The notes beneath the pieces were generated by a model that did not search any database, had not been told where the DNA came from, and was given only the letters and a program-made list of their open reading frames with translations. This document shows, in pieces, positions 31,251-40,600 of a stretch of 64,000 bases of DNA (positions are counted from its first letter, which is position 1; every line of letters starts with the position of its first letter). The stretch is from Spirochaetia bacterium (lineage in GTDB: Bacteria; Spirochaetota; Spirochaetia; DSM-2461): positions 32,001 to 96,000 of the forward strand of contig CAXXIA010000002.1 in assembly GCA_963666985.2 (NCBI GenBank), read 5' to 3'. A program made the position numbers and the translations under genes.

Positions 31251-31605
31251 GTTCTCCGGCCTTGCGTATCGCCGAAAGAAGACGCTCCTTTCTGAACGGC
31301 TTTACCACGAAATCCGCGGCGCCCCATCGAATGGCCTCAAGAATGCGCTCCTGATCTCCGAGTGAAGAACACATCACGACTCGCGCCGACGGATCTTCCT
31401 TTCGAATCCGCCTGAGGGCTTCGAGTCCGTCCATTCTCGGCATGGCGATATCCATAAGCGTTAAATCCGGCCTCCAGGCTCTCCGCAGAAGCATGGCCTG
31501 CCTGCCGTCGGCGGCTTCGGCCACAACCTCGTGCCCGCCCGTCTCAAGGATGTCCCGGATGAGATTCCTCATGAATTCGAGGTCGTCGACGACCAGAATT
31601 TTCAT
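31237..31605 (-). CDS. Single-domain response regulator (CheY-like receiver)
   Basis: VVDD, LMDIAMPRMDG, MCSS and VKPF motifs; no output domain. Confidence 0.93.
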   Translation of the reverse strand: MKILVVDDLEFMRNLIRDILETGGHEVVAEAADGRQAMLLRRAWRPDLTLMDIAMPRMDGLEALRRIRKEDPSARVVMCSSLGDQERILEAIRWGAADFVVKPFRKERLLSAIRKAGEHEEA

Positions 31606-32709
31606 TTTTCCGATCCGTCCGCCCGCCAGCGTAAATAAGAATCGATAAAAGGATCCAAATCTCCGTCCATCACGTTCTGGATGTTCCCGGTTTCGTGCCG
31701 TGTTCTTAAGTCCTTAACCATTGTATAAGGATGAAAAACGTAGGAGCGAATCTGGCTGCCCCAGCCGATGTCTTTCTTTTCGGCCGCGGTCGACGCCCGT
31801 TCCTCTTCCTGCTTTTGGCGATAGTACTCGTACAGCCGCGACTTCAACACCTTCATGGCCGTCGCACGGTTCTTGATTTGACTCCGTTCGTTCTGACATT
31901 GAACGACGATGCCGGATTCCAAATGGGTCATCCGGACGGCGCTGGAGGTTTTGTTCACATGCTGACCTCCGGCACCGGAAGCCCGGTAGGTATCCACCCT
32001 GATATCCTCAGGTTTCACATCGACTTCAATATCGTCGTCGAAAACAGGCGAAACATAGACCGAAGCGAAAGAGGTATGGCGGCGGCCGGCCGAATCAAAG
32101 GGGCTGATCCGCACCAGCCGATGGATGCCGCCCTCGCCTTTAAGCAGACCATGGGCGTAATCTCCGTCGATTTGAAGGTCCACCGACTTGATGCCTCCCT
32201 CGGCTTCCTGCATGTCAAGAAGGGTCATTTTAAATCCCCGGCGTTCCACCCAGCGGCCGTACATCCGGTAGAGCATCGCCGCCCAATCACAGGACTCGGT
32301 GCCGCCGGCACCGGAATGAATGGTTAAAAAGGCGCAGGCCGCATCGGTTTCTTCGCCGAGCAGTTCCAGAATACGAAGCTTCCCGTAGGATTCCTTCAGC
32401 GATTCGGCGGCTTCCTCGATTTCCGCGAACATTCCTTCATCGCCGGCTTCCAGGGCCAAAGCGAAAAGCGTCTGGAGATCTTCCAATTCGGCCGCGAGTT
32501 CGTCCCAGGGCTCATACCTGGCCTTAATTCTTTTCAGTTCGGCCATGGCCTTCTCGGCCTTTTCCCGATCGTCCCAAAATCCGGGTTCACCGGAAGAGGC
32601 TTCGAGATTCCGCGCCTGTTCTTTCAGACCGGAGGAGTCAAAGACGCCTCCATGTGTCGAGAATATCCTTTTCGAGGGATTTCACCATGGGATTCAAATC
32701 GTTAAGCAT
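31602..32709 (-). CDS. prfB: Peptide chain release factor 2, with a +1 programmed frameshift
   Basis: ATG at 32709 gives MLNDLNPMVKSLEKDILDTWRRL, then CTT-TGA-C at 32643-32637; the +1 frame continues DSSGLKEQ..FWDD.. in frame with ORF 31602..32546; SPF and GGQ motifs present. Confidence 0.97.
32637..32651 (-). promoter_or_regulatory. prfB +1 ribosomal frameshift site
   Basis: Minus strand reads GGAGG-CGT-CTT-TGA-C: internal Shine-Dalgarno plus the canonical shift site. Confidence 0.95.
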
Positions 32710-32996
32710 TAGGTCCTCTCTTCCTGTTCGCGGATTGTAACACGGCGCCATCGTTTTTCGTTCAAAGACGTAATGGCCATCGTGTCTTCCACGGGATACT
32801 GATAAAAACGGATCGAATCGTAAAAATCTGTGGCCCGGTCCAGATCGACCTTAAGACGGCTGAGTCTCTTTTCATCCACAGATGTCGATTCAAACACGCC
32901 TTTCTGCACCTGCCGGAAGCCGTATCGGAACAACAATCCCGTCACCGCCTTAAGGCTGTCTTCATTTCCCAAATCCAGGACTACGGCGACGAACAT
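32709..32996 (-). CDS. Orphan Cas2/VapD-like (ferredoxin-fold) small protein
   Basis: 95 aa; N-terminal beta strand ending in Asp (FVAVVLD), YGFRQVQKGVFE and DSIRFYQ match the Cas2 pattern YD...G.RVQ.SVFE...D.IRIY; no cas1 or array in the window. Confidence 0.75.
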   Translation of the reverse strand: MFVAVVLDLGNEDSLKAVTGLLFRYGFRQVQKGVFESTSVDEKRLSRLKVDLDRATDFYDSIRFYQYPVEDTMAITSLNEKRWRRVTIREQEERT

Positions 32997-33000
32997 TCCC

Positions 33001-33369
33001 CTACCCTATCGATGCATCGGGCTCATCGTCAAGGCTCGCGAATTCCCGTACGTTCGGAAGAGAAACGAAAGTTTCAAAGGCGCTTTCAACATCTTCCAGA
33101 TACCGGAGGTAATCACCTGTCCGATCCTTTCCCGCCAGTTCCAGTTCCAGGGCCGCCAAATAGAGCCGCCTGGCGCCGCAGGCTCCGGCCGAACCCTTAA
33201 TTTTATGCGCGATTTTCGAAATATCGGCATCATTTCCTTCGTCCACCGCTTGTTTAGCGAGTTCCATCATGGGCGGTAAATCTTCGAGGGTGAACCTGAT
33301 AACCTGACCGAGGAGATTTCTGTCGCCGACGGTTCTCGTCAGGGCGTCCTCTTCATCGAAGTCCATCAA
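33001..33369 (-). CDS. Stand-alone Hpt (histidine phosphotransfer) protein
   Basis: AHKIKGSAGACGA..L...A..LE Hpt signature. Confidence 0.9.
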   Translation of the reverse strand: MMDFDEEDALTRTVGDRNLLGQVIRFTLEDLPPMMELAKQAVDEGNDADISKIAHKIKGSAGACGARRLYLAALELELAGKDRTGDYLRYLEDVESAFETFVSLPNVREFASLDDEPDASIG

Positions 33370-35153
33370 TTGCTTCCCTTCTTCTTCTCGTATGCCGACC
33401 GAAATTCATTCCAGGCCTGCTCCTGCTGCCGCAGGGAATAGCGCGACTTGGCTTTTCCCGCCAGCTTGCGCCGGCGAACGGCATCATCCAGTATGCTCAC
33501 GGAACCTATTTCCCGAGCCTGATAAGGCTTCGGCACCTCTTCATACGAAAGGGAGCCGGTCGAAGAATCCCGGTTCTTGTTCGGTGTTTTCTTTACGGCC
33601 TCTTCATCGGCAAGGCCAAGGGTTTGAACATAGCTCTCGAACCGGCCGAACATTTTCAGAATCATCCGCCTGAGCCAGGAAAGGCGGCGGAAAGCCTCGG
33701 CGAAAAGAACTCTCGGCGGCAGATTAAAAAGCTGATCGGGCTCCTTGAACCGAATCGAACCGCCGATGAAATACTTCTCAAGAACGGATTTCACCTTGGT
33801 CATGTCGGAAACCTTCATGACTTTCGTCGCGTAATGGATCATTCCTTCGGAAACAAGGCGCGGTTTGGAGAGAAGATCCGAAAGAACGGGGAATTCCTCA
33901 CTCAGACGCATCCTGACATCCTCGCGAAACGCACCAAGTCCCGCAAAGGCGGTAATCCGATCCTTATTATTCGTCCTTAAAATCCGCTCGATCATATCCA
34001 AATAGAATCCGCGCAGTTCAACCGAAGCCTCCTTATGGCGTGCGATGAACAGCGGATACACATGGTCGCGGTAGAGATAATCCTCTCCGACGTTCACCAC
34101 CGCCGGAAGACCGGTTCGGCCGGAATACCGCATATAATGCTCAATGAACAGTTCTTTCAGTTCCGGCCAAGCCGAATAAGGTTCGAATTGGGCGTCGAAT
34201 TCCGCGGGGGTTGTTAAAAAATCGTTCTTCTTCGCCAATTGTCCCAGGATGGTTTGTATCGCCTCGCGCTTTTCGCTCTCCTGTTCTTTAAGCCGCTCGG
34301 CATCGTTCAGTTCGTTTCTCGTGTACGTTTTTAAAATCTTCGCGGAAATAATCAAATCCGGCGACAGGTTGGCCTTTTTCGCAAGAAGATCTTCCCTGTG
34401 AATCACGATGATATCCGAAAGACGGCTCCAAAATTCATTCTCGTTGCGGGAAAGCGACGTTTTCAGACTGGAAACAACCGTTCCGAGCATTTTGGCCAAA
34501 ATGGGCTGCAGAGGGCTGTCGGAAAGAATATCCCTGATTTTCAGACGGGCGGCATCCATCATTACAGGAAGAGCGGCGGGAGTAACGATAAGACTTTTCC
34601 CGTCCAGATCCGGAAGAGCATACAAGGCGACCTTGTCCTCATTCTTCCTGATGAACTCTCCGTTGATTTCCGCCAAAGAAAGCGGCTGCAGGTTTTCGGA
34701 AGGGAAACCGGCGCGTTTTTTCATCATGGAGAAAGTGGGGAAAGGAGAACTGCCGGAGGCTCGGCAGGCATGCCACTTGTTCTCCACCAGCCAATACCAA
34801 AATCTGTAGGAGTCCCGGTCGGTCAGGATAATCCTGTCCTTCTCCAGTTCACTTCCCCGGCAAACTTCCGTGATAAGACCGCAGTTTCCCTTTTCCAGAT
34901 GCGTCATGAGAGTATGAAGCGTCGCTTCGACGTTCAGATACTCATGTCCCGCTTTCGCGAGAAACTTAATATAGGGTATGTCCGGTTCCCAGATATCACA
35001 GAGCCGGCTGAACATCGTCCGGTGTTCTTCACCGAAATGCCCGAGCTGTGAAAGAAACTCATCCCGGCCGACTCTGTCCAGACGAAAATACGTCGGCATT
35101 TCCGGTTGATTTCTCGGCGGAACATTGTCCGACTGATCAAGGTTCATCACCAC
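33366..35153 (-). CDS. Hypothetical cytoplasmic protein, 595 aa
   Basis: Long ORF overlapping both neighbours; no motif recognised. Confidence 0.8.
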   Translation of the reverse strand: MVMNLDQSDNVPPRNQPEMPTYFRLDRVGRDEFLSQLGHFGEEHRTMFSRLCDIWEPDIPYIKFLAKAGHEYLNVEATLHTLMTHLEKGNCGLITEVCRGSELEKDRIILTDRDSYRFWYWLVENKWHACRASGSSPFPTFSMMKKRAGFPSENLQPLSLAEINGEFIRKNEDKVALYALPDLDGKSLIVTPAALPVMMDAARLKIRDILSDSPLQPILAKMLGTVVSSLKTSLSRNENEFWSRLSDIIVIHREDLLAKKANLSPDLIISAKILKTYTRNELNDAERLKEQESEKREAIQTILGQLAKKNDFLTTPAEFDAQFEPYSAWPELKELFIEHYMRYSGRTGLPAVVNVGEDYLYRDHVYPLFIARHKEASVELRGFYLDMIERILRTNNKDRITAFAGLGAFREDVRMRLSEEFPVLSDLLSKPRLVSEGMIHYATKVMKVSDMTKVKSVLEKYFIGGSIRFKEPDQLFNLPPRVLFAEAFRRLSWLRRMILKMFGRFESYVQTLGLADEEAVKKTPNKNRDSSTGSLSYEEVPKPYQAREIGSVSILDDAVRRRKLAGKAKSRYSLRQQEQAWNEFRSAYEKKKGSN

Positions 35154-35289
35154 CCCTCACCGTATCTTTCCCGCGCTCCTTCTTCTTCCTGTACCGTTCG
35201 GAACGCCACTTCGGAATAATATTCAAAAGAGAACGGAGGATAAGCATGAGTCCGACGAAAAAAAGCAGGGATACCAATACTTTCTGCAC
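35137..35289 (-). CDS. Putative 50-aa single-pass membrane protein (below the ORF-track cutoff)
   Basis: GTG at 35289 gives MQKVLVSLLFFVGLMLILRSLLNIIPKWRSERYRKKKERGKDTVRGGDEP*; it fills the gap between rlmKL and the 595-aa gene. Confidence 0.55.
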   Translation of the reverse strand: MQKVLVSLLFFVGLMLILRSLLNIIPKWRSERYRKKKERGKDTVRGGDEP

Positions 35290-35316
35290 GAAACCATGAT
35301 AGCCCTACCGGCGCCT

Positions 35317-37617
35317 TCAAGACAATGAAATCTCCCAACAGCGATGCGCCTTTCCCCGTTTGGCAAAATCAGGATGCAGAGTTTCCCGCGTTATCTCACT
35401 AATTTTTAAGTCCTTCTTCAATATCGGATCGATGGTAAATCCCCGAAAATTTTCCGAAAAGTATATCGTTCCGCCCGGATTCAGCTTCTTCGCGGCAAAA
35501 CGGATAAGCGGAGCGTGATGTTCCTGTACCGACCAATCCTTTCTTCCGGCGCCGTTCGAATACGTCGGAGGATCGATGAAAATCATATCGAAGGACTCCT
35601 TCGTATTTTTTAAATAGTCGAACGCATCGGATTTCACGAAGGAATGAGAACGCGAATCAAGCCGATTGAGTTTCATGTTCTCCCCGGCCCAATCCAGATA
35701 CGTATTGGACACATCAACGCTGACCGTCCGCGAGGCGCCTCCCGCGGCGGCCATCACCGTTGAGGTTCCCGTATAAGCGAAAAGATTGAGGAAACGGCCC
35801 TTACCGATTTTCTCGCGAATCACGGCCCGAAGAGGCCGGTGATCCAAAAAAATCCCGGTATCCAGATAATCGGTGAAATTCACCAGAAACCGCGAACCGT
35901 TCTCCCTGATAATGAACTTCTCCCCTTTTGAGCCCATCTTCCCGTAGGGCCTGATTCCCTTCTGCCGCGTTTTCAGAAAAAGATTCTCCTCTTCGCATCC
36001 GGTTGTTTCCAACAAAACGGCGATGAGCGTGTTCAGACGTCTGCGGGCTTTCTCGCTCGGAACCTTCCCCGGAGCGGCGAATTCCTGAACATGGAGCCAG
36101 CGGTGCTCATACCAATCCACCGCCGCGTTGAACTCCGGCATGTCCGCGTCCCAGATACGAAAAGACGAAACATCGGTTTTTGCGGCCCACTTTTCCAGAG
36201 CGTCGAGATTCCGCAGAAGAGCCTTCTTCAATGAGGGCGCTTTGGGATCGGGAAGCAGAGACTTATCCGCATCCGGAGAATCATTCGTTGACGGATGACC
36301 CCCGAAGCCGCCGCGGGAATCCCTTCCCCGAAGCGCGCCTTGGGGCGCACGGCCGTCCGTACCGCGGGAAGCATTTTTCGCCGCGAAAGATTCGGCCGAA
36401 CCGCGGCCCGCCCCTTCCGCCGGCCCGGAGAAGGCGCCCTCGGATAAGGCATCCGCCGATTTCCCGCTCGGAACAGCAAGCCTCCGATACACGGCCAGAG
36501 TTAAGTCCAGACCGCCGCTCACCGTTGAAAGATAAACATCGGCGCGCAGATGAGTCTCGGCGGCCGTCTTCCTGTCGGGTGCCAGAACGGACATAAGCCA
36601 TCCGGCGGGCAGCTCCCGGAACAGATCGCCCAGGGCGTTATACACCGGTTCGGGCGCCTCAGCGGTCCGCACCCCGTAAGGCGGGTCCGCGCACACCAGG
36701 CCGCTCTCGGCCGTCGGCCACTTCTGCGGACGGCCCTTTCCGATATCATGAAGTTCCAGCCGAACAAGAGAGGAAAGACCGGCTCTGCGAAGATTCGCCT
36801 TGGCCGTCCGAAGGGCCGCCGGATTCGAATCAAAACCCACCATGGGCGGCAAATCCGTCAGCCCCTCTCCGTAGCGTACCGAAGCGTCCCGGGAAAGCTT
36901 CAGCCACAAATCCTTATCGTGACGGATTAAGGCGTCGAATCCCCATCGGGTCCGCCGGGCACCCGGAGGCAGACCCGCGGCCATAATCGCGGCCTCGGCA
37001 AGCAGTGTTCCGCTGCCGCAGACCGGATCCACAAAAGCTCCGCCGCCATCGGCGATTTCACGCCATCCTGATAATCCGAGAACGGCCGCGGCCGCCGTTT
37101 CCCTGAGCACGGCCTCCGTTCTCTCCAGCCGATAGCCCCGTTCATGAAGGGGAGGACCGGACCAATTGAGGAACACCGCGGCCTCTCTGCCGTCCCAGCG
37201 CGCCTCAATCCGTATATCGGGATTCCTGCGGTCCACCGGCGGCCGTTTGCCCAAAACCTTGTTGAACCGGTCGGCAACCGCATCCTTCAAACGCAGCACG
37301 GCGAACCGCGGATCTCTGTCGCGGGGAACACCGTTCACCCGGCAGGCAAAACTTGCCTCGGGTGGAAATTCTTTTTCCCAGGGATGAGAAAGGGCCAGCC
37401 GGTAGAGTTCATCCTCATCGGCGGCCGGACCCGAGGTGAGTTCCATCAAGAGCCGGGAGGCCGTCGCCGATTCCAGACAAACCTTATAAGCCGAAGCCAA
37501 ATCTCCCTGAAAATGAGCCCCCCGGGAGCCGGCCTCTGCCGATGAGAGGCCGATTCGCCGGAGTTCTCCGGCGAGAAGCTCTTCGGCACCGGGAGGACAA
37601 GGTGCGAAAAAATTCAA
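35317..37617 (-). CDS. rlmKL: Bifunctional 23S rRNA methyltransferase RlmKL
   Basis: THUMP domain, LHERGYR, DPVCGSGT, DPPYG; then WDADMPEF, DYLDTGIFLDHR, LNLFAYTG and DPPTYSN. Confidence 0.93.
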   Translation of the reverse strand: MNFFAPCPPGAEELLAGELRRIGLSSAEAGSRGAHFQGDLASAYKVCLESATASRLLMELTSGPAADEDELYRLALSHPWEKEFPPEASFACRVNGVPRDRDPRFAVLRLKDAVADRFNKVLGKRPPVDRRNPDIRIEARWDGREAAVFLNWSGPPLHERGYRLERTEAVLRETAAAAVLGLSGWREIADGGGAFVDPVCGSGTLLAEAAIMAAGLPPGARRTRWGFDALIRHDKDLWLKLSRDASVRYGEGLTDLPPMVGFDSNPAALRTAKANLRRAGLSSLVRLELHDIGKGRPQKWPTAESGLVCADPPYGVRTAEAPEPVYNALGDLFRELPAGWLMSVLAPDRKTAAETHLRADVYLSTVSGGLDLTLAVYRRLAVPSGKSADALSEGAFSGPAEGAGRGSAESFAAKNASRGTDGRAPQGALRGRDSRGGFGGHPSTNDSPDADKSLLPDPKAPSLKKALLRNLDALEKWAAKTDVSSFRIWDADMPEFNAAVDWYEHRWLHVQEFAAPGKVPSEKARRRLNTLIAVLLETTGCEEENLFLKTRQKGIRPYGKMGSKGEKFIIRENGSRFLVNFTDYLDTGIFLDHRPLRAVIREKIGKGRFLNLFAYTGTSTVMAAAGGASRTVSVDVSNTYLDWAGENMKLNRLDSRSHSFVKSDAFDYLKNTKESFDMIFIDPPTYSNGAGRKDWSVQEHHAPLIRFAAKKLNPGGTIYFSENFRGFTIDPILKKDLKISEITRETLHPDFAKRGKAHRCWEISLS

Positions 37618-40600
37618 TTACTTCTCCAGATAGAATTCCACGCGGCGGTTTCTCCAGCGCTCATCAAGATCGCTGTGCGGAACGATGGGCCTCTCACCGC
37701 CGATTCCTTCGGCAGTCAGACGGTTGGCGCCGATGCCCCTGGCACGCAGTTCATTCACCACGGTCTGAGCCCTTGATTTCGAGAGCGGAATAAGGATGTC
37801 CTTCTGCTCACGCGCCGCGGCCGCGGGATCCGCCCAATTCAGACTGACCGCATGTCCTTCGACAACGATGCGGTAGCTGCCGTACTTCTTCATGATTTCC
37901 GCCAATCGGTCAAGGACTTTCTTATTCTTTTCTCCTTCCTCTCCGGTCAGCGTCAGTTCCGGAGATGAGGGCTGGAAGGTGATGTTGTTGATAAGAATCT
38001 TCAGCCGATCGCCTTCGCGCATCACCAGCACATCAACCGCGATTTCTCCTTCCTTCACGGAACTCTGTCCGAGCACATCGGTCACCGTCAGCACGTAGGG
38101 ATAATCTTCGGCGGACTCCACCAATTCGCCCCGACCGCTTCGTCCGTCCCAAATAATCCTTTCGGACGGACGTCCGCGTCCCGAGAACGAGATGAATTCC
38201 TTCCCGCGCGGATCGGAAATCACCAGATTCCAATCCTGGATTCGAGAACGGTCTTCCACGGTCAGTCCGATGACGGCCTCATCATCCACATTATCGCCGT
38301 CCGGGCTGAAGGGCTGAGGAGTCACATTCACCGTTACCTCCGGCGGACTTCCGTCGGAAACGAAACTCCGCGACTCTGCCGTCGGCCGGGCGCCTTTATG
38401 ATAGGCCACCTCGAGAACTCCTTTGAAAACTCCTTCGGAAGGAGAGCCGGAGACGTCGGTGCCGTTCCATGTAAATTTCTCCGGCACCGAAGAGGCGCCG
38501 CTGCGCGTTACGGCCGCCCTTCCCCTCTCGTCAACGATGGAGAAGGTCCAAGAATCAATGCCGTCCTTATTGGGCACCACCGCGGTGAAACTCTGGATTT
38601 TCTCCGGATCCGTTTCACCGGCCTTAATGTACCCTTGAGACGCCGTCAGATACACGGGAACCGGAGCGGTATCGATTCGAATTCCTCTGATACTTTTTTG
38701 TGTTTCATTTCCCGCCGAATCAACACCGGAAACCTCGTAGGAATAGTCTCCGTCGGATAAGGCGTTGCCCGAATCGTCGGTTCCGTCCCACGTGAAGGAA
38801 TCAAGACGTTCGCTCCATACCCAGGTTCGGACGGTTTTTCCCGCCGAATCGACGACTTTCGCGGCGAAGGAAACCTCTTTGGAAGAAGACTGCGATATCG
38901 GCAGAAGATCCTTGCTTCCGTCACCGTCGGGACTGAACAGTTTGTCCGCTATCGAAAGCTCAATCGTCGGCGGCTGCGTATCCACCGTCACCGGACCCGC
39001 GGAGGCCTTGGCGATATCACCCTTCTCGTAGCGAACCGTCAGTTCCGCCGAATACGGCCCGTCCGGTACCGCGTTGCGATCGGCCGCCCGGCCGTTCCAC
39101 ACCACGCTGTCCGGAGGCAACCCCTTACCGTCCCAAGATCGGACTTCACTTCCGCCGGAGTTCTTCATTATCAGCTTCCAATCGCTGATGGGAGAATCAC
39201 TGCGGGCCTCCATGAACAGAGTCAGTTCATCGTTGACTCTGTTGCCCGTCGGGCCGAAAACATCATGGGAAGCGGTCAGCGTCGCTTCTACGGCGCTGGT
39301 GTTCACCTCCACCATAACCGGTTTTGAGCGTCCGCTGTTTCCCGCTCTGTCGGTTGATTCAAGAACATACGAATAGACTCCGTCGGGAACAAGACGTCCC
39401 GCCGCATCCCGGCCGTCCCATCGCAAATCGCCCTCCACCGAGGCAATCCACGTCCATCTTTTGACTTCCTCGCCGGCGGCGTTCTTCAATATTCCGTTCC
39501 ATTTGTCTTCGCGCGATGTACTCATGCTGAACGTCACGGCCGAACGGAGACTCTCACCCTGCGGTGAAAAGAGTGCGTAATCAACATTCACCGCTGCCGA
39601 GGGAGGAGTTACGTCCACGATAAAGGACGGAGAAATTACTTGAGGCTGATATCCGTTTCCATATTCCACATGGAAGCGTCCGGTGTATTCCCCCTCGGGA
39701 ACAATACGGCCCGAATCATCACGTCCGTCGAACTCCACCTTCTCGGGAAGGGCCGGTCCCTGCCGCCTGGACCAGGAACGGACGGCCGAACCGGAGGAAT
39801 TCAGAATATCGAGACGCCAATCGACGATGCCGTTCTTTACGGGAACCATGGCCGTCAGACCGACCGCCGATACGGGGCTGGCCGTCCCCGGTGAAAAAAC
39901 CGCCTTATCGATGGAAAGTCCCACCTCGGGCTGACGCGTATCGATGATAATCCCGTCAATAGAAGCTTCGGACGAATTTCCGGCCAAGTCGGTGCAGGCC
40001 AGTTTGTAGCCGTACACACCGTCCATAACCATTTCACCGGAGCCGGCGGTACCGTCCCAATCGAAAGATTCGGGAGCGGATTCGTTCCAGGACCATTCCC
40101 GAACACTCACGCCGGAGGCGTCCGTGAAGGCCGCCGCCCAAAGATGCTCTTCGCTTCCGGATTGTTCGATACGGAAGGTATCCTTCAAACCGTCGGCGTC
40201 GGGGCTGAAAATCAAATCCAGTCCCTCCGGAGAATCCAAGGTAAGTTCCGGATCAACGGTATCCACAACAACGGGGAAAGGTCCCGCTTTGCCGACATTG
40301 TCGTTATCGTCCCGGAACGTCATATAAACCGAATAGTCGCCGTCGGGGGCCATGGAACCGGCATCGGTCACCCCGTCCCACCGAAGCGACTCGGGCAGAG
40401 CCGTTCCCGTCATCGGTGAAACCAAACGCGACCAAAGATTCTTAACCGTCTCGTTTTCCGGACGTTCATCTTTATTCACGTAGGTTCTCGCCACAGAGCC
40501 TTCGGAATCAACGATACGCCATTCGTATGATGTGACGAAACGCTCATCCTCCACGCCGTAGGGAATCAAGAGTTCATCCTGAATTCCGTCATAATTCGGT

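Noticed and set aside
29472..35316. CRISPR array or cas operon near the Cas2-like gene
   Set aside because: No repeat-spacer periodicity and no cas1 or effector genes seen; the neighbours are housekeeping genes
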